A stretch of DNA of 58,113 bases, the filler included, from Catajapyx aquilonaris (Eukaryota), in NCBI GenBank assembly GCA_000934665.2. It is 3 parts of 3 records of this genome, joined end to end, with 100 filler letters (N's around TTAATTAATTAA, not from the genome) between each part and the next. Parts side by side here need not be neighbours in the genome. Positions count along the whole stretch, not along the records: positions 19,456 to 38,740 come from JYFJ02006491.1; 2 more parts are not named here. The stretch is one strand, 5' to 3'. This document shows, in pieces, positions 25,507 through 35,870 of this stretch. The number at the start of each line of letters is the position of its first letter. The first letter of the stretch is position 1. The position numbers were made by a program, and so were the translations under genes. Below the pieces are notes generated by a model that was not told the origin of the DNA, searched no databases, and saw nothing but the letters and a program-made list of their open reading frames with translations.

Positions 25507-26214
25507 GCTGGGTGAGTGTGTTAGCATGGGCTCCTGCAAATTATAATTTAGCCCAAGAAGCTTTTGATATAATTCCTCTTCAGTTTTATCAGAGTGAGCA
25601 ATTCTGACTCATAGCTGCTCAGATTCGGCAATAATTTGATATCCTAAGAGGAAATTTAGTGCACCCTATTCACTCAAGTTGGCATCCTAGGTCAAATTGA
25701 TAATAATGGTTTGAAGATGCTCATGCAGGAATGCCTAGTTAACTCCAGAACTTAAATGAGATTTCCACCAAGCTTATTTGTGCAGACATTTGGCACCCTC
25801 GATGTAGGGAAGCACTTAATGATATAGATGCTGACTGTACAGTCATAAAGTATCCACTTTGAAAAATAAATATGCAGATGTTGGTTACTTTATAGCAGTG
25901 GAAATAGTGTCAAAGTTCTTCAGCTGTGGAAAAAGACACGATTAAGAGTTATAGGCAAATCAAAATTTGTAGGTTAAATCACAGGTGGGAGTGCTAAGTA
26001 ATGATTTTACATCTCTAGTTAGTAGCATTCAGTGTGAAAATCTAAGTGTTTTCCTGATCCCTTGCAGATTTATAAGTTCAGCTGCAGTTAGTGGTCATCT
26101 ACATGTCTTTCATTTAGGGATTCTGAAACAACATGTTTTTTTTTTTTTTTTAATAATTATGATAGCCATCCAAAAAATGCCACAGTATTTCACTCATGAC
26201 ATTGTACTTTCTAG

Positions 26215-26289
26215 AGAGGAAGGAGTCAACATCCACAGAGAAGAAGAAAAAGAAAGGCAAGAAATCCAGGAAGCGAAATTCAACTGAAA
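26215..26289 (+). CDS. RPS19BP1: AROS/RPS19BP1 homologue, internal basic exon (RKESTSTEKKKKKGKKSRKRNSTE)
   Basis: Acceptor tactttctag|, donor A|gtagga, phase 1/1. A 73-nt intron leads to the next exon in frame. The first (ATG) exon was not located. Confidence 0.65.
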
Positions 26290-26362
26290 GTAGGAAAATT
26301 AGTGGAATCCCTTGTAACTGAGCTTCGTTTACAGTTTCTATACTGTTTGTTCTTGTTTCCAG

Positions 26363-26508
26363 GAAGCGTTGGCATACGGAACAAGAAAGTAAATTCTGGT
26401 TTGGCAGCGTATTTGTTGCAGCATCAAAAGGAAGACAAAACTGAAGAAAATGTACAAGCTCTTCTTCGTTTGTCATCGAGCTCTCTTAGCAAGCATACTG
26501 CAGAAACG
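26363..26508 (+). CDS. RPS19BP1: AROS/RPS19BP1 homologue, middle exon (NSGLAAYLLQHQKEDKTEENVQALLRLSSSSLSKHTAET)
   Basis: Acceptor cttgtttccag|, donor ACG|gtgaac, ends in phase 0. Resembles the SALDEYRK..DHL..NLKFL segment of human AROS as I recall it. Confidence 0.75.
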
Positions 26509-26995
26509 GTGAACCTCTTTTGCTTCCTTTATTGTAGTTTGCAAAAGACTCGAAGGCCCATATACATATTTTCGAACACCAAGTTGAGAGGGGGTTAACC
26601 CCCTGTTCATCTACATAATGGCAATTCAATCCCATTTTGGGGGTCAAGTTGGGGTTAAGAGCATCTGGAAGTGGTGGCCTGAATCGAGTTGGAAAAAAGT
26701 GCTTTAGAGCTTCTGGAGTTTAAGGCTGGGTGGCAAGGTATTAGCTACCTCTTATAGGGATGGGTCTTAAGACAGGGACACTCCATAAGGTGTATGATGC
26801 CATTTCTCCCTGTAAAAAGTCAGATATGGTTCCAGGGTCGAATGGGGTCCTAGCCTACATTTTGCAAACCCATGTAAAAAATCGTCCTTATTTTTAATTG
26901 AATTTTGGTGTTTTTTGTTTGAAGAAATACATATTAGTTTTTGAGCCATGATTGATCTAAGATCCTAATAATTATACGGTATCGTATTGCCCTCT

Positions 26996-27766
26996 TAGTC
27001 TGGGCCCTAAGCGCAAAAATCAGGCCTAACCTTGCATTTTGGGATAAGAAGGTGCCACTTGGCACATATGTTCCTCAGGCCTATAGGAGCAATTCCAGAG
27101 TTGCAGGCAACTGGTCGGCCCCTTAGGTCACGAGTTATGCGGTGTTGCCAACATGGCCGGGGATGACCTGAGCGTTTTTAACGTTGCATTTTGTGATAAG
27201 AAGGTGCCGCTTGGCACATAATTATGTTCCCTAGGCCTGTAGGAGTCGTTTGAGACATGGCGGCACTTGATCGGCTCCTTAGGTCAGGAGTTATGCGGTG
27301 TTGCCAACCTGGTCAGGAACCTAAGCATAACCGCATAACTCGTGATCTAAGGGGCAAATCAGGTGCCACCAACTCTCAAATGGAACCTCTAGGCCTGGGG
27401 AACATTCTTGCCAAAATCCCAAAATGCAAAGTTAAAAATGGTTCAAAACGCTTAGGTCCAGGACCAGGTTGGCAACACCGCATAACTCCTGACCTAAGGA
27501 GCCGATCAAGTGCCGCCATGTCTCAAATGACTCCTACAGGCCTAGGGAACATATGTGCCAAGCGGCACCTTCTTATCACAAAATGCAACGTTAAAAACGC
27601 TCAGGTCATCCCCGGCCATGTTGGCAACACCGCATAACTCGTGACCTAAGGGGCCGACCAGTTGCCTGCAACTCTGGAATTGCTCCTATAGGCCTAAGGA
27701 ACATATGTGCCAAGTGGCACCTTCTTATCCCAAAATGCAAGGTTAAGACGCTTAGGGCCCGGACTA
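26996..27766. mobile_element. Foldback element with ~300-bp near-perfect arms built from ~150-bp subrepeats
   Basis: TAGTC(T/C)GGGCCCTAAGCG termini; 27029-27314 is the reverse complement of 27462-27742. Confidence 0.9.
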
Positions 27767-28657
27767 TCTGACGTCACTGTTGTCCAAAGATCGGTGCAGA
27801 GGCAGGAATGCACCCGGGTTGCTTTGTTCCTTTGTTTGTTGCCTAACAACGAAATTGAACGACCACGAGGCAACGGCCTGTTGACGTTACTGTTGTCCTT
27901 GGTTAAGCAGGAGTGGGCATGCACTTCTTAGACCATGCCCCCATTTTCCCGCCAATTTCAGAGTGACTTTTTAACCCCCAATTACACTAGTCAACAAAAT
28001 TGAACTTTTTTTTCTGGCACATGGACTTGAATGTGAAATTCTTATTGTATTTTTTGCGCTGATTTCAAATATGTTTACCAATTTCTTCTATCACCCACAG
28101 TTTTTGAGTAATCACCATTTTATTGTAGCAATGAACTTCCTTCAATGTAGCCTATATGTAGCTTTTCACCCAATATGTCCGGGCAGCCTTGCATTCCCCT
28201 CTCTGCCCAGAGCCATAAGAAAAGGTCTGGCATAAGGACTGTCCGAAATGACTTGAAACTATAACCGCCCTCCGTTGGGAACCTCCCCCTCCTCAAGCAC
28301 CTAGGTGGACCAAGGCGTTGCAGCAGAACAAGCTCCTCTGGATATTGAAAGTTTGGATTGAAATCAAGGTCCCTGCTATACCTCATGTGAGGTCTGCACT
28401 ACCCATTATTATTATACAGGATGTTTCAAGTATATTAGTCCTTTTAGTTGCATAATAGGAAATTTCACTCAAAGCTGTTCTTTTTTTGTAGCTTGTTGTG
28501 CTCCGATCCAGGTGCCCTATTCTATAGCAACTGGTATATTCGACCACCTGGGAGTAATATGCACCTAATCAGGCACAACAACCTACACAAAAGCAACGAC
28601 TACAGTCGATATTAGTGATAACTAAAAACGACCCACAAACTTGGAACACCCTTTATA

Positions 28658-29076
28658 CAGGGGAAACTGATAGTACTCGCAAAAGTAATATAGGGATGTA
28701 CAATTAGTTTTGGGCGCCATTGCATAGTTAATGCGTACGGCGCCATCAAAGTTTCGTGACGTCACATCTGTTCCGCCAGCTTCTAGGAAGCAAAAGTCAG
28801 CTCGAGGGGCTCCGAACAATCCAGCTTGGGTCCTTACACATCGTCCATGTGCATTGTGCAATAGGTTATCAGATCCCATCAGAAAAGAATCTGGGTACGA
28901 CACCCGTGCGCTTTGTCGTTTTTGCCTCATATTTTATCATCCAGCCCTCTACACTTTAAAGGAGCCATACACAATAACTACGCAACAGAGCCAAAAACTA
29001 ATGGCATATTCCTATATTAGCTTTGCGAGTACTATCAGTCTACCTGGCGATTGTACGCGAGTTTCCCTTTACCCTG
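28658..29076. mobile_element. Tc1/mariner-type MITE (same family as 29579-31146)
   Basis: TA-CAGGG...CCCTG-TA; inverted homology with 29579-29925. Confidence 0.75.
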
Positions 29077-29927
29077 TATACTGTACACTGGGGTTGCGCA
29101 ATGTAAGTGTCACGTCAATAGCTGGCTAGGCATGAACCTATGATTGAATGCATCCACATAATAAACAACAAGTGTAGAGTTACTCAACTCTGACCCTGGA
29201 ACCCAAGCCAACATTACTGGAAATACTGGGAATAAACAACATAATACATTGTAGGATGTCCCTGTTCATCAGATGCATTTGCATGAAGTCATACCAAACT
29301 TGATCACAAGTTTCAACCTCCTCCAGGAGCTCCAAAACCCTTCTTCCAACTTGACACTGTGGAGTATTGTGTAATCTTGTCAATCCTTTTAGTGATCTGA
29401 CTCAACCTTGTGGCATGAGATTGAACTTCCATTATGTATATAAGCATGGAATCAACCCCTTCTCAACCCGGTGTCAACCCTGATCCCTCATTTGAAAATC
29501 TGCTATCCAAATGATCCTGAAAAAGTTCCAAGTTAATGTGTAGGAGAGATAAGAGTGTCAGGTGTGTCAAGGGTTGTACAGGGTGAAGGGAAACTCGCGG
29601 ACAATCACCAGGTAAACTAATACTAGTAGTACTCACAAAACTAATATAGGGATGTGCAATTAGTTTTTGGCTCCGTTCAGTAGATAATGCGTACGGCGCC
29701 TTTAAACTGTAGAGGGCTGGATTGTAAAATATGAGGTGAAAACTACCAAGTGCATGGGTGTCGTACCCGGATTCTTACTCTGACGGGATTTTATCACCTA
29801 TTGCACATAGACGATTCATTAGGTGACCAAGGCTGGATTGTTCGGAGGCCCTCGAGCTGACTTTTGCTTCTTTGAAACTGGCGGAACGGATGTGACATCA
29901 CGAAACTTTGATGACGCCATATGCATT

Positions 29928-31027
29928 TTATTTATTTATTTATTTATTTATTCAATTATCCTGTTAAAGAGCAGGGCTCTTGTAGGGGAACACCACCACC
30001 TATACATTGGAAAACTCAATTCGTTTGGCAACATTTACAAAAAAATTATGTACATTATACAGGGTGGACCAACTTCAAGTGTCGTTTTATAACGGCTATT
30101 AATAGAAGCGCTTTACGATTGACGTAGCAGCGACGTGTAAAATGGCCCACTTCGGCGCCATCGAAAATATTGGCTGCCCTATTGGCAGCTAATATTTTCG
30201 ATGGTGTCGAAGTGGGACATTTTACATGTCACTGCTATGTCATCGGAAAATCACTTCTATTAATCGCCGTTATAAAACGACACTTGAAGTTGGTCCACCC
30301 TGTATAGCAAATGTAAACTTGGTGTACAAAAAGCATACATTATTTTATTTGGGGGAAACCCTCGGAAGAGTAGACAAAAACTGAGTACGAGGAGTGCGAA
30401 AGTAGAGACAATCATATAAGTAAGTGATCCATGGGTAGGTCCAAGTTACACCACTCACAACGCGAGTCGGAAAACTCGATTTTAGTACCTTTGAGCCATA
30501 GGTACCTAGAGCCATTACGCAGGCTAACCCAGGTTCGGAGTGTCGCCAGCGGTATGTTATATGACCAATACTGTTCCTTTCCAATGGGGCTTTTTATTTC
30601 GTTATAGCTCGCATATGATTTCGATCCCTCTAGTAGATTCCGGACATGAGTCCCAAAAATGACTGGCTAGTTTGTTCTGAATTTGATTCAGTGTTACCCC
30701 ACTTATGTCACTCATATCAATACCAGCCGATGATGTAATCGACCCAAATAACTCAAACCAGTTACAAGAGGAAGACTGACAATGGGGCCTGGATGATTTG
30801 GCATACATGTGTGCTGCTCGCAACAATGATTTCTCAATCCCTACCTCCAGCCTACTGTAATATTTAATTGTCTGTCTTATTAAGGTCACCGCAAGGTGGG
30901 GAGTGTCAGTTTCTAGTCTCACAAAAAAACCGGCTGCTTGTTTTGGTAGACCTAGGAATTTTTTCAGGAAATAATTTTGAATGCTTTCTAATTCGCCAAT
31001 GTATTGAAGACCTCATATGGGGAAATG
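29928..31027 (-). mobile_element. 5'-truncated LINE (post-RT region) with (AAAT)n tail
   Basis: TSD TGATGACGCCA(T/A)ATGCATT; reads LESIQNYFLKKFLGLPK...VRLET on the minus strand. Confidence 0.7.
30060..30302. mobile_element. Palindromic Tc1/mariner-type MITE nested in the LINE
   Basis: TA-CAGGGTGGACCAACTTCAAGTGTCG...CGACACTTGAAGTTGGTCCACCCTG-TA. Confidence 0.9.
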
Positions 31028-31331
31028 ATGACGCCAAATGCATTAACTACGCAACGGCGCCCAAAACAACTTGCACATCCCTATATTAGTTTTACGAGTA
31101 CTATAAGTCTACCTGGCGATTGTCTGTGAGATTCCCTTCGCCCTGCATACAATGGTGTATCAAATTAAAAGCTTAAATAAAAGTGCAATAAAAATTTTAA
31201 GCTTGGTGTTTCGGAAGCCATTCAAGAGGAACAATTACAGGCTCAATATGGTGGTCATAATAACTTAAGGCAGTTTATTGATAGTGGAGTGTGAGTCAGA
31301 CTGGTGGTGCGTCTTCAGACATGTACTATGA

Positions 31332-31333
31332 TA

Positions 31334-31410
<77 letters not shown>

Positions 31411-31667
31411 GATACCCTGTGATAAGCCTCCTTGGGCTTTTTAGGGGATCATCTTTTTAATTAACCGTCTTTAATCATTGCCTGCGCTGTGATGGATTTT
31501 GATTGCGGGAGGAAACGGGAGGACCCCGAGAAAACCCACGCGAACACGGAGAGAACCCATCGAAACTCTATCCACATAAGTATCCTCTGTCCGATCCGGG
31601 GATCGAACTCGGGACCTTACAGATGTGGAAGGCTGCGGCGCTAACCACTCCGCCACCGTGTCGCCCT
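31332..31667 (-). mobile_element. SINE family D inserted into a mariner relic
   Basis: TSD AGACATGTACTATGA; the downstream flank reads EQRAVICFLW (mariner HTH). Confidence 0.9.
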
Positions 31668-32376
31668 AGACATGTACTATGAGGGAGCAGAGAGCTGTTA
31701 TTTGTTTTTGTGGATGAAAAGGACAAAACCCAGAGAAATTTATTGGTGAATGCAGGGGCAAAATGTGGATCTGCCCTGTAACTCACAGTTGCATGCCTTT
31801 GGCTGGTGTAAAAATTTTCAGAAGGATGAGAGCAGTCTGACAGACATGCCAGGACAGGCAAATCAATCTGACACTTGGAATTTTTTTACATCATGCGTAC
31901 ACACATAACTGCAATGTTGCATAAAAAGTTTATAAAAGCTTTCTGTTTTGTTTTGGTGCTTGCCTGAATGCTCATTGGCATCTTTATGCAGCTGTTGTCA
32001 TGTTGACAAACTGCCTGAAGTTATGAGAACCATACAAATCCAACTGTTTCTCTCAACCCAAATGGCAGGTTTAGAAATTTCATTGTAATTTTTCTTGTCA
32101 ATAAGAGAACTCCACTCCTCCTTAATGCATTTCTGAAGGCACTGTGCCATCTTTATACAGCTGATATGTGAATCACACTCCACCTATTAACGATATGAGC
32201 ACAATATGAGTTTGACTCTCTTGAAATGCATCCCAAACAATGGGGTTTTAAATTTTTTATTATTGCACTTTTAACATTTTTATTTCATCTACTCTTGCAC
32301 TTTGAGCCTGTATGATTGGTACCAAGCCATTTAGCAGATGCATAATGGTGTCCCTGAAAATCATGTTCTGCACATA

Positions 32377-32681
32377 ATATAATCCTTGGGTAGTGCCTGA
32401 CCCTATAGAGGGTATGTGGCACGAACCTTGAGCGAATCGCCCGGGCCCACGGGCAGGATGACAGGAGGGGATGTGCAAGGTGCAGTGCAATGTCTTAAAC
32501 ATGGCCATTTTTAGTGAACTCCCCCGGGTGGTTTAGTCAGTTGGAAATACCACCCGAGACGAAGCCAGAGGTGACCCTGAACTCTGCACGAGATGAAGGG
32601 GGTGTCCCCGGGTTGGGATCGAACCCGGGACCTTAACATCCGTGGGCGCATACGTTACCGCAGCACCACTCCGCCTCCCCT
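32377..32681 (-). mobile_element. SINE family C
   Basis: Core identity with the other copies; TSD ATGTTCTGCA(C/T)ATA. Confidence 0.85.
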
Positions 32682-32838
32682 ATGTTCTGCATATAGTGTT
32701 TTGTTGTTAAGACTGGCAGGAAAGAGGCCATCAACCCAATGAGGACATTTTTAGTGATCAGTTGACCAATTCAACTGGCCAATAGCTGAGCAGTTGGTGT
32801 ACCAATGACTTCACAGTTGAGAAAAATGTTAGATACTA

Positions 32839-33078
32839 TACTGCTTACAGCCTCACTTCTCAAAAAGTAGGTGGCGACCTCTGCCCCTCCAGACACCCAA
32901 AGTGATCTGATTGTTGGAACAGAGGGCGGGGGGACCAATCATCTCACTTAGGGAATGGTGGGTACAAGGAGATCAAAAGACAAATCGGGTTTGAAATCCT
33001 ACCATGTATGGCTTAAACACAGGGGTCGAAATATTTAGGCCATGCATATCTTTTTGAGAAGTTAGGCTGTGAGCAGTA
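32839..33078. mobile_element. MITE with TIR TACTGCTTACAGCCT.ACTTCTCAAAAAG
   Basis: Inverted termini read directly from the sequence. Confidence 0.7.
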
Positions 33079-33081
33079 TAA

Positions 33082-33262
33082 AGGCCCATACACACAGGCC
33101 GTCGACGGTTTTGGTCTTTGGTCACGTCAACGCCGCGGACCAATCAGAGCGGGCCCTCACAGTAACCATGACGCGTTGTTACCGTGAGGGCCCACTCTGA
33201 TTGGTCCGCGGTGTCGATGCGACCAAAGACCAAAACCGTCGACGGCCTGTGTGTATAGGCCT
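33082..33262. mobile_element. Palindromic PIF/Harbinger-type MITE
   Basis: AGGCC(C/T)ATACACACAGGCCGTCGACGG arms; TAA TSD. Confidence 0.88.
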
Positions 33263-33554
33263 TAAAGCAAAGTAAGTTGGTTGACGGCAGAATTCAAAAC
33301 CCTTCACCAGAGTTCAGCAGAGTTTCACACAGGGGAGAACTTGACAGTGGGGATAAACTATGACTTGCTTCCCCTTCCTGTCTAGGTATGGTGCAGCCTT
33401 TATTTTCACAGCATAGTTGAAACAGGATGTCAATGAGGACTGAGCACAAGAGTGTTTAAACAAGAGTTGCCATGCATAATTTTATATTAATACTGGTACT
33501 TCCTTAAATCTGTTACTCTTTGATTGTTAATAGCAGTGCCTTTATCTCCCATAG

Positions 33555-33680
33555 ATATTGAATCATCAGAGGGGGCAGCTGTCAAAGGACCGAGTCAAAG
33601 CAGAGAAATTAGATGAGAAGACTGTGTTCACAAAAGAGGATTTTGAGAAATTTGAGAAAGAATATTTTGTCAAAGAGTGA
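33555..33680 (+). CDS. RPS19BP1: AROS/RPS19BP1 homologue, last coding exon
   Basis: Acceptor tctcccatag| in phase 0. Reads ILNHQRGQLSKDRVKAEKLDEKTVFTKEDFEKFEKEYFVKE*, matching the AROS C-terminal signature ILRQNRG...TVFTEEDFQKFQQEYF. Confidence 0.9.
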   Translation: MLNHQRGQLSKDRVKAEKLDEKTVFTKEDFEKFEKEYFVKE

Positions 33681-33706
33681 GAGGAACTGTGGACTTATAG
33701 GACTCC

Positions 33707-33952
33707 ATGTTTATTGGTCATGATATTTTAGTTGGCAGAATAATTCTTTTCCTTTGCATTTCCTTTTATCTGTGGTTTATATTTTCCTTATTTGCTGCAC
33801 CCTTTGTGACGGAAGAGGACATTTTGTATTCTTTCTTACCATCTCCACAAAGGCTTGTGGTAATTCCATGCTGTATTGGAGTTATTTTAGTCGGCTCTCT
33901 AGTTGCCTACACTTGCTGGGTTCTTTATCAGTCGAAAGGTTTAACTAAGTAA
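33707..33952 (+). CDS. DPM2: Dolichol-phosphate mannose synthase regulatory subunit DPM2-like, 81 aa, two TM helices, intronless
   Basis: Aligns without gaps to human DPM2 as recalled: M..G.D..VG, hydrophobic TM1, PF, IP...G, TM2, basic K..TK tail. Size is typical for the family. Confidence 0.8.
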   Translation: MFIGHDILVGRIILFLCISFYLWFIFSLFAAPFVTEEDILYSFLPSPQRLVVIPCCIGVILVGSLVAYTCWVLYQSKGLTK

Positions 33953-33957
33953 CAAGA

Positions 33958-34641
33958 ATGAATAATTGGTTAGTAATTGGTGTCTCTGGGGTCACTTGTG
34001 GAGGAAAGACCACCATAAGCAGACTGTTGCATCGTGCCTTCCCTTGGGCCCATGTGATTAATCAGGACAAGTATTTTCTACCACCCGATAGTGACCGCCA
34101 TGTATGGGTTACAGAAATTAATCACCAAAATTGGGAGATTCTTTCTAGCATGGACATGGATGCTATGTGGAATGACATCAAATGCCTGCTCAATTCCACT
34201 CCAGACTGCAAGACCCAGTCAGATGTCATTTGGCCTAATATGGCAGGAAGCATTGATCATATCAATCTGCCACACTCACTGTTGGAAGAGTTGAAAAGGG
34301 ATTTTTCACATTGCCCAATTTTGATACTTGATGGACTGCTCATTTGTAACTATAAACCAATTTCAGATTTGTGCCATTTGAAATATTACATTACTGTCAG
34401 CAGAGAAGTATGTGAGGCTAGACGCAATGAGAGAACATATGACCCTCCTGATCCACCAAAATATTTTGAGAAAGTAGTATGGCCAATGTTTGAAAAGCAT
34501 AGAGATGAAGTGAAAGCTACTGTTGCAGGTGTTGAGTACTGTGATGGAGAACAGAAAATGGAGCAAGTCTTCCACAAGGTGTTGCAGGAAGTGACAACCA
34601 CCCTCAAGTCACGTTGTGGGTGTATGTCGGCGAAGAAGTAA
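33958..34641 (+). CDS. NMRK1: Nicotinamide riboside kinase (NRK/NMRK family), 227 aa, intronless
   Basis: VIGVSGVTCGGKTT P-loop, INQDKYF, ILILDG, C.ARR..RTYDPPDPPKYFEKVVWPMF. Confidence 0.93.
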   Translation: MNNWLVIGVSGVTCGGKTTISRLLHRAFPWAHVINQDKYFLPPDSDRHVWVTEINHQNWEILSSMDMDAMWNDIKCLLNSTPDCKTQSDVIWPNMAGSIDHINLPHSLLEELKRDFSHCPILILDGLLICNYKPISDLCHLKYYITVSREVCEARRNERTYDPPDPPKYFEKVVWPMFEKHRDEVKATVAGVEYCDGEQKMEQVFHKVLQEVTTTLKSRCGCMSAKK

Positions 34642-35870
34642 ATGGCTGGAATTGGTTTGCCAATTTTCATTCCAAACCACATGATGTCTAAAGAATAATG
34701 TTCATAACATGAACTGCAATATAATTACTTGTTTTCTTGTATAGTCATTGTGTTATAGTTTTTTGGAAAATTTATGATTTGTCTTTGGGTACTTGTAGTT
34801 GACATCTACCAATCAGCATGAGCTATGCCTCTCCTTGTCTTGGCCTAGTTTGCCTAGACTGGTTTATGGTGTTTGTGGTTGAGGCCAACAACCAGCTTAA
34901 TGAAGCCTGCAAGGACCCAGCTTAAGCTGTTAAGTTTTGATAGGATGGAAAAATAGTGATTATATTAGAAATGCTTCTCCTGTCTATCATGGGGAAATTC
35001 TGAGCAGTTCAGTGACACCATTGATTGATGGATGATTTATTGCAACACAATATGTTAGTACATAAATCAGGTGATTTGCTTGCAGGTTCAGCAGGCAACC
35101 TACAAATTCCGACGTTTGACTGTTCCCCCTTGACTTTTCTTGCTCCTTTCAGTCAGCTCACTGGGAAAGAATTTCATGTCAAACATGTTAAACTGGTTAG
35201 TGTGAAGGCAAAATCTTGCAGTCTGTTGCAAAAATGTAAGAAAGTAGAATATATTTTTGGACTCTCAACTCATTGCAAAGAAAATGTACTCTCCCCTCAC
35301 TTTCCAGAGCAGTACTGAGAAGCTAGATAATTTCTTCTGCTTCTCTGTCTTGAATAATTATGGTTTGTGAGTTGAAAGGTAAAATAGTGACACTGTAAAA
35401 TAAGTATGGACCTTCGTCACCAGGTAATATTGCTTATTCCAATTTACATGAGTTCTATCGTCCAACTGCTGCATGAAAGTGTTGAAAATCTGGAGGTACA
35501 CGTCGGATGTCACTTGAAGTGAAGAATACGGGTCCAACAATGCGACGACGTGAAATCCCACACCACACGCCAACTTTCTCAGAATGGGGCGGTTCCTCGT
35601 GTATCGCGTGGGGATTTTCGCTTGCCCAACAACGGGTGTTTTGGGAGTTTTACTCATGGATCAAGCTGTCCCCTTAAAATTTCATCGCCCTACATGAAGT
35701 GGTTTACTAGTTATGCACCATTTTGCCGGTCCGGGAAGTAGTGGGACACCCTGTACTCTTCAGCAACTGTAATAGTGGCAAGAGTCACTGTGCGACTAAA
35801 TTTACTTGCAACGGAAAAATTGTTATTAGTATTGGTCTACTTAGCACCAAGTGCTTTATATCAACAAACT

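Larger units (their letters stand above)
29579..31146. mobile_element. MITE split by a LINE insertion
   Basis: Family homology stops at ~29927 and resumes at ~31027. Confidence 0.7.

Noticed and set aside
26996..27766. CRISPR-like or regularly spaced array
   Set aside because: The repeats are inverted, contiguous ~150-bp subunits without unique spacers; eukaryotic context and no cas genes.
33707..33952. PIG-P as the identity of the 81-aa two-TM ORF
   Set aside because: It lacks the YGF/YLxWA/PxKYWA motifs, and the ungapped pattern fits DPM2 better.
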